From positions 1 to 64,000 of the forward strand of contig JAAILG010001570.1 in assembly GCA_012026655.1 (NCBI GenBank): 64,000 bases of DNA, given 5' to 3'. Of this stretch, positions 1 through 11,655 are shown in pieces (the stretch's first letter is position 1; each line of letters begins with the position of its first letter). The position numbers were made by a program, and so were the translations under genes. The notes beneath the pieces were generated by a model. The model was not told the DNA's origin, ran no database searches, and saw only the letters and a list, made by a program, of their open reading frames with translations. Origin of the DNA: Hydrolagus affinis. Taxonomy: Eukaryota.

Positions 1-674
1 AATTAGGTTACTGTATTGGCACATTTCTGCTCCAATAAACTGTTCGTCTAAACGATTTAAATGCAACATTTATTAACAAGCACAAGATATGTTGATGTTA
101 AAGGAAATGCATCTTCAGTGTTCAGTAAACAAACTATATAGGTCCACATTTGCTCAAATGTACACTTAATATAAGATGATTTATTTTTTGCATACTTTAA
201 TGATGGAGGTTTCTACTATGTGTGTGGAAAGGCAGACAATAATTACAGGTAAAATGCCTAATTCGCAAGTTCAGTCTGATCATGACTTGGGAATTGTGGT
301 TATTGCATTCCTGCACTTGCACAGTAAGGTCTATTTATAATAAATCCTTTATACCAAATCCAATAAGCATTGTGTCCAAGTTTCCCAAGGTTGAACTGGA
401 AATATTGAAGCATTTGCTGAGCAATTTTCTAGCTGTCAGGTCTGTTGAGAATGAGAAGACTTGTTTAGTCAATACACAAAACTCTCTCCATCAGCTCTTT
501 GTTCTTCAATCTATTCCCAGTCACTGTACCATGCCCAAACTTCCTCCTTCCTCGATACATATATACAGTGTATAGATAACAATGACTTCGCTTGAAATAA
601 TACATCTTACATTGTGCGTCTTGTATTGTCACCACCTGACATGTCACAGTTGTTAAATAGGTGTAAAATTAAGT

Positions 675-988
675 GGAGCTCCTGTAGCTCAGTGGTTAGA
701 GCACTCGCCTTACAAGCGTGAGACCTGTGTTCGAATCAGGCCGAAACCTTGGGTAAGTTTCCTTACTCCACATGCCTAATAATAATCCGTGCAAAAACAA
801 CACAATAATAAAAATTGGTCATTTCAATCCACGACTGTTTGTGGGACACTGCTGTATGCAACTGGCTGCCGCGTTTTGCCCACAAATATGCAATCAATTC
901 ACTTCACAATACATTCTGTGAAGCACTTTGAGATGTCGATAAGATGTGAAAAGCTCTACATCAAATGCAAGGATTTATTATTTATTTG
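675..988 (+). mobile_element. tRNA-derived SINE, dominant family, near full length
   Basis: Head GGAGCTCCTGTAGCTCAGTGG (A box) and GTTCGAATC (B box); body CTGTTTGTGGGACACTGCTGT; tail AAGCACTTTGAGATGTC...TCAAATGCAAGGATTTATT. Recurs about 40 times in the window. Confidence 0.95.
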
Positions 989-1371
989 AAAATAAAGCTG
1001 TTAGAATATTGAAAGACTTTTTTTTGCCAGCCTGAGAATGCGCAGACAATGCAATGGAAAGTGTTGCTTTGGTTTAATGACTTAATTGCCAGTTGGACAT
1101 TCACAATGAGATACAAGCAAGCATAAAAGGATTCTGGAAGAGAATGAAAGTGTAAGGTTTAGATAAAGGAACCTGGGAATCAAAACTGTGTTTAGGATTT
1201 ACAGGAAACTTGGCAGATTGTTCTAGCAAAGGACTTCATTCTCTGCATGCCTTAATGCCTGTGGAAAGTTTCGCAGAGATTCTCTGAACCTCAAAGGCTA
1301 TCAAATAAATCCTCCAGAACATTCATTGCAGCCGCAAAAATTCCTTGCTCTGATTCAAGTGGTTTCTTAGT

Positions 1372-1970
1372 ACACTGACACTCCAGGGCAGGTGTGAGAG
1401 AGCGCTGCTTTGTCAGTGGATGAGACTTGAAACCGAGGTCTTGTTCAAGTGGATGTTGAAGATTCTACGCCACTACTTGAATAGGGGAGTTTTCTCTTTA
1501 GTTGCCCTTGATAGAATTGGTCATTCACAACATGATTCCTGGAGCTCAGTGGTTAGAACGCTCGCCTTACAAGTGTGAGACCTGTGTTTCGAATCCAGGC
1601 AGGTCAAGGTGAAACCTTAGGCAAGCTTCCTTACACCTGATAATAATCCGTCAAAAAAAACCTATAATAAATTGGTCATTTCAATCTAAGACTGTTTGTG
1701 GGACACTGCTGTGCGCAATTGGCTGCTGCGTTTTGCCCACAAATATACAGTCAATTCACTTCACAGTATATTCTGTGAAGCGCTTTGAAACGTCAGGAAG
1801 ATGTGAAAAGCGCCTTATCAAATGCAATGATTATTATTTATTATTATGATTGTGGCCTACCAATGGGCTGCCATGTTTGCCTATAAATACACAGTCACTC
1901 CCCTTTATATTAAATCCTGTGCAGTGGGCAGAGATGTCATGACATGAAAAGCACTATACCCAACGATTAT
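1372..1970 (+). mobile_element. Old Deu-type SINE (SacSINE1-like), split by a younger SINE
   Basis: CTGACACTCCAG..GAGCGCTGC..TGTC..GGATGAGAC..AAACCGAGG..GTGGATGT..AAGAT resembles the recalled Deu domain; the element resumes at ~1850 with GGCTGCCATGTTTGCCTA and a tail. Confidence 0.75.
1538..1848 (+). mobile_element. tRNA-derived SINE, dominant family, nested in the Deu-type SINE
   Basis: Same head, body and tail as 675-988; ends in (ATT)n. Confidence 0.95.
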
Positions 1971-2147
1971 TGTCATCAGATAATTGATTGCACAAAACAA
2001 GAGGACTTTTGTTCACATCCTTTCCAATCCTAATCAATTCTATTTTTAAAAAAATATTTACTGATCAATCTTCATCCTTGTTTGGTATTCATTACATTAC
2101 CATCTTCTGGCAAGTGAACCGCTCATTGTAAACTCTATTCTAACACT

Positions 2148-2483
2148 TATAATAATATAATAATAATCCTTGCATTTGATATAGCGCTTTCCACATTTTA
2201 TCAATGTCTCAAAGCACTTCACAAAATATACTGTAAAGTGAATTGACTGTATATTTGTGGACGAAACGCAGCAGCCAATCACTCACAGCAGTGTCACCAC
2301 AAACAGTCGTAGATTGAAAATGACCAATTTTTATTATATTGTTTTTTTTTGGAGGGATTATTATTAGGCGTGTGTGTGGAGTAAGGAAACTTTCCCCAGG
2401 TTTCGCCCTGGTCTGCCTGGATTCGAAACACAGGTCTCACGCTTGTAAGACGAGTGCTCTAACCACTGAGCTATAGGAGCTCC
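2148..2483 (-). mobile_element. tRNA-derived SINE, dominant family, full length
   Basis: Reverse complement of the family, from (AAT)n-CCTTGCATTTGAT to CTGAGCTATAGGAGCTCC. Confidence 0.95.
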
Positions 2484-5065
2484 AATTCTTACGAGGTTCA
2501 TTAAAAAAAATTACCATTCATTTCTGTCACCTTAGAGAAAAGACCACCCAGTTATTGTTGTGGTCAGGTCTGACTTGTTTATTCCTCAATATCAGAGCCA
2601 ATAAGGCAACCATTCCTCTGAATTCATGATTTCAAGATTTATTCAGATTGGGAAAAATAACCGTGATTCTTTTGGTAAATTCAAGGAAACAATTTCATTT
2701 ATATTATCAGTTCTCTTCAATTGCATTAGCTGCTCATTGTCCTTGTTAAGCCTATGTAGCCGTTTGGTCCCTTTAATCTTCTTTGCAAGTTCCTTTTTGT
2801 TCTCCTACATTCTTTGTTCCTTCGGGACATTAACGCAAGGCCATTCATTCTGTATTACACACTTTATAGATTTACCAAAATGCGGTGGTATTAACATCGG
2901 AACTTTTATGTTCTCCCAAAAAGAACCATTCTCCCTCTATTACTGTAGTTTGCAAAGTACACTTTCTCAGCAAAGACATTAAACCTTTTATTAATCACAG
3001 TTAGCGATATTCAACATTAAATTAAGTGGAGCCTGGCCTGAGATTATACAACAGCCTAGCTCCGCAGCAATAACTTGCTTGGTTAATTCTTTAAAATAAA
3101 AAAAATAATCAATATGATAACAGCCAGCAAGCTTCGAAGAATAGCAGCTAAAGCCTGGCTCCATTGGGTACATTAATCATCAAATTTAATGTAATCACAT
3201 ATCCCCAGCCTAATTTTTAATGCATATAATGATTTCATACTCACAGGGTCTTAGTTGGGAATCTGCTCAAGACCGTGCTTTGGTAACACTTTTATTCCAA
3301 ACCATAGGGTTGCTAATATAATCCATTAACATGCTGTTAAGATTTACAAGATGTTTGCATGATTGGAAGAATAAATGTTGACAATGGTAGAATTCCTGGT
3401 TCAATTTCTTCGTGCCAGGATTTTTGACACATGAGTAATGGGTGGATCCAGGATTTTATTTCTTGAAACCTCAATGTTGAAGAAAAGGCTGTAGGATCAG
3501 GGAGTGGGAGGACATGGGCTCGTAGATAACAAATTGCTGACCTTGACCACGTCAACTGAAAAGAGAATTAATCCTTGTGCCTTATTACCTTGTTGAGACA
3601 TCTCAAAGAGCTTCGCAAAATATAATGCTAAGTGATTTAAGTGCTCTGAAACTCCGACTGGGATGAAGGGTACTATAGAAATCTAGGTTGGTTGATGTGA
3701 CTGTACAGAGTGTAGTTTGTGAATGATTTTTATGTTCCTGCTCCCTGTAAACTAAATATTAGAAATTCATCTCCTCAGAATTGGTTACAAAAGTGTAGCA
3801 AAAAGCCAGTGTCTCTTCTCAGATGAGGAAAGCGATCTTCAAAATAGAGATTCCATACAGAGCTTGAAAATCACACAAAAAGGTCAACTAATTTTCCAAA
3901 AATATATTTAATAACCACACCTGCAGTTTTATTGCTTATTTCTCCAATAGATATTTCCTGTCGGGAGAGTAATATGTGCGAGTACTTTGGTTTGTTTATT
4001 CGGATGATTGATGTTTGATGATTCATAATGCAACGTGTCTAACTTTGTACTGTTAGTATTGTATTGACAGACACAATACTAATGCAAAGCTGACTCAATG
4101 TTATTATCGTGTTTGCATTCTTACCTCTAAATATTTCAATGAGATTTATTATTCCAATAGTTTTCAGAAATAACATGTTGTTTTCATTTTTCCTAACCAA
4201 AGGGTTTCTCTACTTCTCACCCTTTAATATCTGATGTTGACTATGAGATCTCTCATTCTGACTACCTATTTCCATGAATTTGAATCAAAAGCGGTTTGGA
4301 AGCTAACCTGGTAGGAAGACAGGATAGACAGAGTGAATAACGTGTTTGACTAGAATGATGGCAGGGATCACAAGTCCATTCATGCAGTGATTTCATTACT
4401 GAGTTACTGTCATATGGAAAGACTATAATTAGAGTTTCGAAGGCAAATAAAATAACTTTAAGAGGGATTTTGTCTTGTCAGTTGATAGTACAAAAAAATC
4501 AGTCATCTTTTCTAGTTTGGAGAATTCATATCTTTTGATTTGCAATGGTAAATATGATTTGATGGTTGATATACATTATGCAACTGGAAAGTAGAAAATC
4601 CCACAGCAGAACTTTTGTACTACAATAATATCATTCGAATCAGTTATTGGATACTGACAGCCTTTCTGCTATGTGGTTTTTGTACACACCAGAACTTCTG
4701 ATTTACAACCACACAAAAATAGAGAATTAAAATGGGAGACCATCAAAGAGATGGGGTGGGGGGGAAATCAAGATAAGAGCCTCCACACTGATGTCATACT
4801 TTGCCACAAACTAAATTTAAATTGTGTGGGAAAATAGGAGAGGTTTGTAATGGGGGTGGGGGGTTGTGGGGTGGCTTCCTTCTACCGAGAGGGACCCTGA
4901 GTTAGTTAACTCTGATTACAAGATAGTTTTGAATGAAAAAGGTCCTTTGGCCCATTTGATTTCATTCTTCCAGAATACCCACCCTCCTGTCTTCCCTTCA
5001 CAGCGTTTTTTAATCTGTTCCAGTTGTTAATTAGCCATGAATTGAATACTTGTTAATTATGAGCA

Positions 5066-5272
5066 GTAAACTCATGGAACAGGCTCCCCTAGGGAGATTG
5101 TGGAAGCAGAAAAATGTTATTTGTTTCAAGAACAAATTAGACAGATTTCTGCTGAAAAATAACATCCCGGGATACAGTATATAGTACGAGCCACAAACTA
5201 GATGGATCTTCTTTCGACTAGCAAATTCTTATGTTCTTACCCTCTGGGTAAAGAAATACTTCCTGGTGCATT
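5066..5272 (+). mobile_element. CR1 LINE 3' end with an inverted upstream piece
   Basis: Plus strand reads VNSWNRLP-EIVEAE..FKNKLDRFLLKNNIPGY* (frameshifted), then tail TTCTTATGTTCTTA. Minus strand 5272-5239 reads RKYFFTQRV, the CR1 ORF2 motif that normally directly precedes VNxWNxLP. Confidence 0.85.
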
Positions 5273-5370
5273 GGGAAGTATTTTTTGCGATCCCACTGTT
5301 AGAAATGACTGATACTGAACTCGAACGGAAACTCCAGACCTGGGAGATTAAAAAGGGAGCGGAGCACATC

Positions 5371-5387
5371 AGAGAGAGAGAGAGAGA
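5371..5387. repeat. (AG)n microsatellite
   Basis: Seen directly. Confidence 0.9.
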
Positions 5388-6112
5388 TAATGAAGTGAAT
5401 GAGAGGCTTCCGAAAAGGAAACCCATTGATGTCCGGAGGTGCCAGAATCTCAACACGTTGGAAAATATGTTTGTGCCATAATAATCTGACAATTATCGGA
5501 TGGCCTGAGGAATAGTGTGCGTCTGATGTAGTCCACGTCTCCAAGCTGTGAGATTTCCCACTGAAAGCATGCGTGCTCAAACATATATGCAAATCCGCAT
5601 CAGTTGAAGGATACATTTGATTAAATATTTAATCAGTGACTAAATTATTCAAGAGCCACTCTACTCGCTAGGTTTACATTTGTGTGATGAGGTACCGGTG
5701 GCTTGCGCTACATTATCGCTGATTCCCAGCCCTGGCACTTACTGATCAATGTTTTCAACCAAACCTTGGTTTCTTCAGACACATTTGACTATTGGCCTAA
5801 TGCCTGTAGTTTGTGTGCAATTCTAAAATAATGACTTGATTTTATTGTTTAAGATAACTGCATATTTCTAATGCAGCAATTACACACCCATTCACAAACT
5901 ATTTAACCTTTAGGTGACATTTACGACACACGGATGATATTTAATGACTATTGATGTTACTTAAAATGCTACCAGTAATGTACGTGTCTAAAAAATGGCA
6001 CCTGACATAGAAATGTTGTATTTCTTCCAACTACTATACACGGTACATAGATGCTGGATAATCAGCTGTGGTGTAGAGGCGATGTGAAATGAGGAAATTA
6101 TATAATTTGGTG

Positions 6113-6210
6113 GTGTCAGCCAAGCTCAGTTGGTAGCACTCTCGCCTGTGAGTCAGATAGTGGTGGGTTCAAGCCCCATGTCAGAACATTGAACTCACAT
6201 TCTAGACAGA
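6113..6210 (+). mobile_element. Head of old Deu-type SINE
   Basis: GTCAGCCAAGCTCAGTTGGTAGCACTCTCGCCTGTGAGTCAGA..GGGTTCAAGCCCCA: A/B boxes, matching the recalled SacSINE1-type head. Confidence 0.75.
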
Positions 6211-7192
6211 TACAATCACATGAAATTACATGCATTTTGTACTTTGCTGCCAGGCTTTGCTACCATGTTAGCTGTTTTATGAGTGGGTGGGAGTTTTCAC
6301 ACCACCCCGCTATGGACATCGCTGGAGGGACCATAGCAGACTTTGCCTCTCCCGCAAATTATTTGTGCAAATGGCTAATTTTGTTTAAGCAGCTGTAAAT
6401 TTCTGATAGATGCAAATTTCCAACGGTTATAAACAGGAGTTAAAAGATTAAAGCCAAACAAATCCCATGTGTTTACCTTTGAAGTTGCATGATTGCGGGA
6501 AAAATAAACATAATTTATTTGACATCCTGCCTCCTCCAATCATAAATAAGATAAGTATCTTGCTATTCTTCCCCACAGGCACATTTGTTGAGAAATGACT
6601 GTTATAATCCACAACACAATATTTTAATATATCTAAACTCTGGATTACCAAGCATTAATAAGTGCGTTGGTGGATTTGTTATGTCTTTTGGTGCTGATCT
6701 TAATTCTTAAACAAGCAAAGTGCACAAGCGAATTCCCCCAAATAGTATGTGTATTGAGTGCTTGACAGGGATGATAGTGTTATTTTAGGGGGAAAAGTGC
6801 CAAAGATAAAGCAAGTGGGAACTGCCATAAGACGCGAGTTTGCATTAATCAATGAGTCAGAGAATCATTTGTTTGTGGAGTTTCAATAACAACTTAGAAC
6901 CAGTTTTCTGAGATAATTTTTTTGCAGATGAGTATAAAGTGCCTTCAGTCAGGTCAGATTGTTAAGGGAGTATAGATCGCACAGTAAAAATATTAAGGCA
7001 GGAAGGGGCACAAAAATATTCTATTGGTTTCCATTTCCAGCAGCTAATTTTGCCTTTGACAAGAATCTTTTCCAAAGCATTCATTTTACATGAACAAAAT
7101 AATAATCATTGCATTTGATATAGCACCTTTCATGTCAGGAGGATATCTGAAAGAGCTTCACCTCCCGATGTGAAAAGTACTCTATAAATGTA

Positions 7193-7360
7193 AAACAAAA
7201 AAACAAAAGTTGCTGGGAAAACTCAGCAGGTCAGGCAGCATCCATGGAGAAAGGAAAAGTGAGTAAACGTTTCGGGTCCATGACCCTTTGTCAGAACTGG
7301 GGCATGTTGGGAGGGAGAGGTTTTTAAGGACAAGTTAGAGAGGGGGTGGGGGGTGGGGGG
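7193..7360 (-). mobile_element. Penelope-like element terminal fragment
   Basis: Minus strand TTCTGACAAAGGGTCATGGACCCGAAACGTTTACTC...GATGCTGCCTGACCTGCTGAGTTTTCCCAGCAACTTTTGTTTT, the recalled typical terminus of chondrichthyan Penelope-type repeats. Confidence 0.75.
7261..7300 (-). ncRNA. Decayed minimal type I hammerhead ribozyme motif
   Basis: CUGACAA (consensus CUGANGA), stem II GGGUC/GACCC, GAAA, palindromic AAACGUUU stem III; one core G is changed to A. Confidence 0.6.
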
Positions 7361-7634
7361 TGGGGAGGCAGGACAAGGAAGACAAAGAAGACAAAAAAGA
7401 CAGAAAAAGGTAAATATAACAAATATTACATTTATAAATGTAATCTTGTATACATCCTGTTACCCTTCACACATTGAGACAAACTGTGACAGGATTTACT
7501 GTTATCCAAACTCAATACGTTAGAGATCAAATTGTTAGGCTTATATACTGTTGCTCACCAAAGGCAGTGTCTGGAGATTGCACCCGGCTCCATTGCTTAT
7601 CAGTTGTTGTAACTGATCATAGTGGAGTACTGGA

Positions 7635-7790
7635 GTATATTGGTTAGAGCGCTCGTCTTGCAATTGACAGGTTTGATTCTGGGCGAAACCTTAATCAAGT
7701 TTCCTTACTCCACAGGCCTCTGTTTACCCAGCAGTGCGTAGGATACTGTTGTTAGTCGATTAGTGAGAGGGAATTAAATCAATTCCAGAT
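7635..7790 (+). mobile_element. tRNA-derived SINE, long-form subfamily, 5' part
   Basis: Head remnant plus the extra block GCCTCTGTTTACCCAGCAGT..TAGG..GTTGTTAGTCGATT that short copies lack. Confidence 0.8.
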
Positions 7791-7816
7791 GACTCCACAG
7801 TAAGGAGATGAGAGAA

Positions 7817-8215
7817 AAACAATAACAACATAAATTGCATTTGTAGAGCACCTTTCATGTTGGGAGGATGTCCAAAATCGCTGAACAGTCAGTGTTCAGG
7901 ACTAGACTATGGCGGTGAGGGATGGGGTTGGGGGTACCAGGATTGAGATGAGGGAAAGCAGAAAGGTAGAGGGGCAGCTGAAGGCATGGTCGAAAGGGAG
8001 GGTCTTGAGATGGGCCTAGAAGGAGGCAAGGGAGGGAGTAAGGTGAAGGGATTGTGGGATGAGTTCCAAAGCGTGGGGGCAAAGAGGCTGAAAGCCCGGC
8101 TGCTGATGTTAAGGTGGGAGACATGGGACAGGCTAGAGCCTGCTGAACAAAGGGAGCGGACAGGTTGATAGGGGGTCAGCAAGTCAGAGAGGTACGGGGT
8201 GTGGAGGGTGGGGGA
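7817..8215 (-). mobile_element. L2 LINE 3' end (RT C-terminus, UTR, tail)
   Basis: Minus-strand peptide YLSDLLTPYQPVRSLCSA...RAFSLFAPTLWNS is typical of the L2 ORF2 end; followed by a C-rich UTR, a stem-loop tail and (GTT)n. Confidence 0.9.
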
Positions 8216-8589
8216 GATGGAAACAAGGAGTCCTAGACTGGTGTACAGTTTGCTGAGGCAGTTGGAGGAGACTGTCTCACGCTGTTCTTTTATCGGAGTC
8301 TCTCCACTTCATTTGAAGCTGATTTTCAACAAACGTGGATCAGTGCTCCCTGAGTGAACTCTCCTTTATTTCACAACAACCTACCATAGCTGCCGCTGAT
8401 TCGCACATCGCCTGCTGGGGGACTGGTGTGGACTTCTGAAAGATTTTATAGATCTCCTCAAACAGTTCTAATTGCCCTTAACAGGTGGGGGTAGAAACAG
8501 GTTACATTTCCAAACAATTTTCCAAGCTGTTATATTGAAGTTCAATTTGCGCTCTTTCTTAATGGATTTGTTAATAAGAAATATGTCAG

Positions 8590-8910
8590 CCTCGAATTTC
8601 TACAAGGTTGGATGTGCTGAAGTGTGCTGGATCCAGGCTGATACCATCTTATAGCCTCTGTGCAGGGGATGTAATGCTCTCAAGCAATTTGCTCAGTTTA
8701 CATCATAGGCTAATGGGTCCACAAATTCTAAGTTCATAGCTCATTCCTTTTTGGAGTAACAGAATAAGATTTTCTATCCTGTTTTCAAGTCTGGCCCGAT
8801 TACTTGTATTGCTCCAAAACATATCAAGCAATGCCTCATCTATTTCCTCTCAAAGTGACTTTAACATTCTAGGGCAAATCCCATCTGGCCAGGTTGACTG
8901 GTACAGATTA
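8590..8910 (-). mobile_element. Decayed CR1 ORF2 (RT N-terminal region)
   Basis: Minus strand STWPDGICPRMLKSL*EEIDEALLDMF...QKG...GPISL*CKLSKLLESI, versus CR1 consensus KSPGPDGIHPRxLKE...KKG...YRPISLTS..KLLESI. Confidence 0.8.
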
Positions 8911-8954
8911 AATTCCTTGTGTTGCTTTATTGCACATATATGTGCAATGCAAAC

Positions 8955-9090
8955 TCCTCTGATCAGAACGTTGTGGGTTCAACAACAACAACTTGTATTT
9001 ATAGAGTTCAAATCCCACATTTGGATTTGAGCTCCTAGCCTCGGCTGATCGAGTGCTCTATTGTCAGAGGCGCATTAAACCAAGATTCCT
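8955..9090 (+). mobile_element. Old Deu-type SINE 5' fragment carrying a 23-bp insertion
   Basis: CTCTGATCAGAACGTTGTGGGTTCAA[insert]GTTCAAATCCCAC...ATTGTCAGAGG..TTAAACCAAG. Confidence 0.65.
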
Positions 9091-9954
9091 TTTCCAGGGA
9101 ATAAAAATAAGTCCACAAACAGCCTGCATTTTCCATGCGTATTTGATTTTCCTACAGAAACTTACCATTTTTAAAAAAAAAACTGTCTTCACTTAGATAT
9201 CCTCAGCAGTTGGAGTTGACGTATAAAGTTTGCAGCACTCTAATCTAAGGTTTTACCCTGCTAAAGATTAGCAAACGCGAATGTGCATTGATCATTTAGA
9301 TTTATATTGATAGGAACCGCAAATGGAACCTTTGACAATTTCAAGGTTAATTGCTGGTGTAAATTCAAAAAAACTCGATACAAAGTGACAAAATTAGCTG
9401 TGTTGCCTCATCCGTCTGCGGTCCTGTTGAGCAAAGGACAAGTAGAATCTTTCAAGTTTCACTAAAAGTTTGATAGAATTTTTAAATTGCTCTATCGGCT
9501 CCATTTATCTTATAAGGAAGGTGAGTGACACTCTGCTTGCTAGCTGGAGCAATTTTCACTCTAATTGTGTGCTGTAATGGGAACAACAACAAACAAACAA
9601 CAAATTATATTTATTTCATGCCTTTCATGTTGAGATGATGTCCCCAAATAAGAAACTTGGTTGGTTTCATATCATTTCGCAGGAATTCTTCGAAATATCT
9701 CACTGCGTATGTATCTAGGGAACACAATATTCAGTAGTAAACTCAAAGGAAGATTCTCAGTAACGAAATGGGCAGATTTCTCAATCGCCCTTAAATTACC
9801 AATATTTTTCCATTATCCCCTTAATTTAGACCTCGTCCCAGAAAGAGAAATGAGGAAAGAATCGGAGAGTGTTATGAATAAGGAAAAGTGACATGACTTA
9901 TGACTTATTAACAACAAAATGACATTTGTGTAGCGCCTTTCACATTAAGTCAAA

Positions 9955-10165
9955 TAATAATACTAATAATGATCCTTGCATTTGATATAGCGCTTTTCAT
10001 GTCTTCTAGACATCTCAAAGCGCTTCACAGAATATACTGTAAAGTCAATTGACTTTATACTTGCAGACGAAATGCACCAGCTAATTGCGCACAGCATTGT
10101 CCCACAAACAGTCGTGAATTGAAATGACCAATTTTATTATTGTTTTTTTTTGGAGGGATTATTAT
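9955..10165 (-). mobile_element. SINE, dominant family, 5'-truncated
   Basis: Tail and body match the family; no head. Confidence 0.9.
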
Positions 10166-10289
10166 GAGATTCATTATTATAAATGGCTTAATTATGTGAC
10201 AAGCCTCCCTTGAGTACTTTTCTGCTTCCGATGCTGTCCATCACATTCAGGGCCTTGACTCCAACATGAAATCTATTTCAGGAATTTGG

Positions 10290-10865
10290 GAACAAAGGGA
10301 CAGGAATGGCCATTCAACCCATTGAGCCTGTTCCGCCAGTTGATTAGATCTTGGCAGAACTTTTAATTCCATTTCTCCATACACCTTTAATATCTGTAAT
10401 AGCCAAGTAACTGCATCTATCTAAAGAATAATAATATAATAATATAAATAATAATAATAATTAATAATAATATAATAAAATAATAATAAACTTTGCATTT
10501 GATATAGTGCTTTTCATGTCTTATCGACATCCCAAAGCGCTTCACAGAATATTCTGTAAAGTGAATTGACTGTATATATTTGTGGGCGAAACGCGGCAGC
10601 CAATTACGCACAGCAGTGTCCCACAAACAGTCGTGGATTGAAATGACCAATTTTATTATTGTGTTTTTTTTTGAGGGATTATTATTAGGCGTGTGGAGTA
10701 AGGAAACTTGCCCAAGGTCCCTATTGGTTCCATCTTTGCAGCTTCTGGGACAGAGAGTTCCATTTTCACAACCCTTTGGGTGAATGAATGCTTCCTGGCC
10801 TCAGTGTTAACCTTCCAAGCCTGTGTCCTACTTGCATTGGATCCCTCTATCAGAAGAAAGATTTT
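10290..10865 (-). mobile_element. CR1 3' end interrupted by a SINE
   Basis: GGCCATTCAACCCATTGAGCCTGTTCCGCCA (CR1 3' UTR, reverse complement). After the SINE, CAGAGAGTTCCA..CACAACCCTTTGGGTGAA..TGCTTCCT corresponds to RKH.FTQRVV..WNSL on the minus strand. Confidence 0.8.
10425..10717 (-). mobile_element. SINE, dominant family, 5'-truncated, long (AAT)n tail
   Basis: Family match from the tail to GGAAACTTGCCCAAGG. Confidence 0.95.
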
Positions 10866-11336
10866 AGTAAGGAAATGAAGCTCTTGGCATCACAAAAACT
10901 CCACAGGTCAAATTACACAAAGGCCTGCTTCAGGGGAAATTGGTTGAATTTTCATGCTTGCTGTCCTGCCAAAAAAAAGGGCAATATTTAATGGCAATGT
11001 TTAAACAGCTTGTGGAATAGCAAAGCACCATCGCACATGCAGGCTGCTATTTTTATAATTTATTCCACAATTATTTTTTAATTAAACATACGGCAGACTT
11101 TGAGAAAATTTCTTTTACCCTTGTATATTGGAATCTCAACGATCACATATGGGACAGATTCAAATTGTCAGCACAAAGCAGATGGCCGGTTAATCATGGG
11201 ATAGGTTTAGGTTAGTTATATTAAGCAGCCCTTTAAAAGTAGCAAAACTATTGGTCTCCCATGGATAACAGACCAATACAAAATCATGGAATTAAATAGC
11301 AAAATAAATATTGCTCTTGAACTGTATCATTTTTGT

Positions 11337-11655
11337 GGAGTCCTGTAGCTCAGTGGTTAGAGCACCCGCCTTACAAGCGTGACACCTTTGTTGAAATCCA
11401 AGCAGGTCAGGGCGAAACCTCAGGCAAGTTTTTTTTACTCCACACACACGACTAATAATAATCCCTCCAAAAACACAATGATAAAATTGGTCATTTCAAT
11501 CCACGACTGTTTGTGGGACACCGCTGTGTGCAATTGGCTGCTGCGTTTCGCCCACAAATATATTTCTGGACAATATATTCTGTGAAGCGCTTTGAAATGT
11601 CTAGAAGACGTGAAGAAACACTATGTGAAATGCAAGGATTATTCTTATTATTATT
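11337..11655 (+). mobile_element. tRNA-derived SINE, full length
   Basis: Head, body and tail match the family. Confidence 0.95.

Noticed and set aside
675-750. SINE heads as tRNA-Val/Ala genes
   Set aside because: They have A/B boxes but no good acceptor stem, and they continue into SINE body and tail.
3290-3555. Possible terminal exon on minus (TCTTTTCAG acceptor, downstream AATAAA)
   Set aside because: No frame gives a recognisable protein, and these signals are common in AT-rich DNA.
5241-5339. 99-nt minus-strand exon with a good acceptor and a GTAAGA donor
   Set aside because: The donor is the reverse complement of the CR1 tail (TTCTTAC) and a third of the exon is CR1 sequence; the peptides are unrecognised. 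Exonisation cannot be excluded without RNA data.
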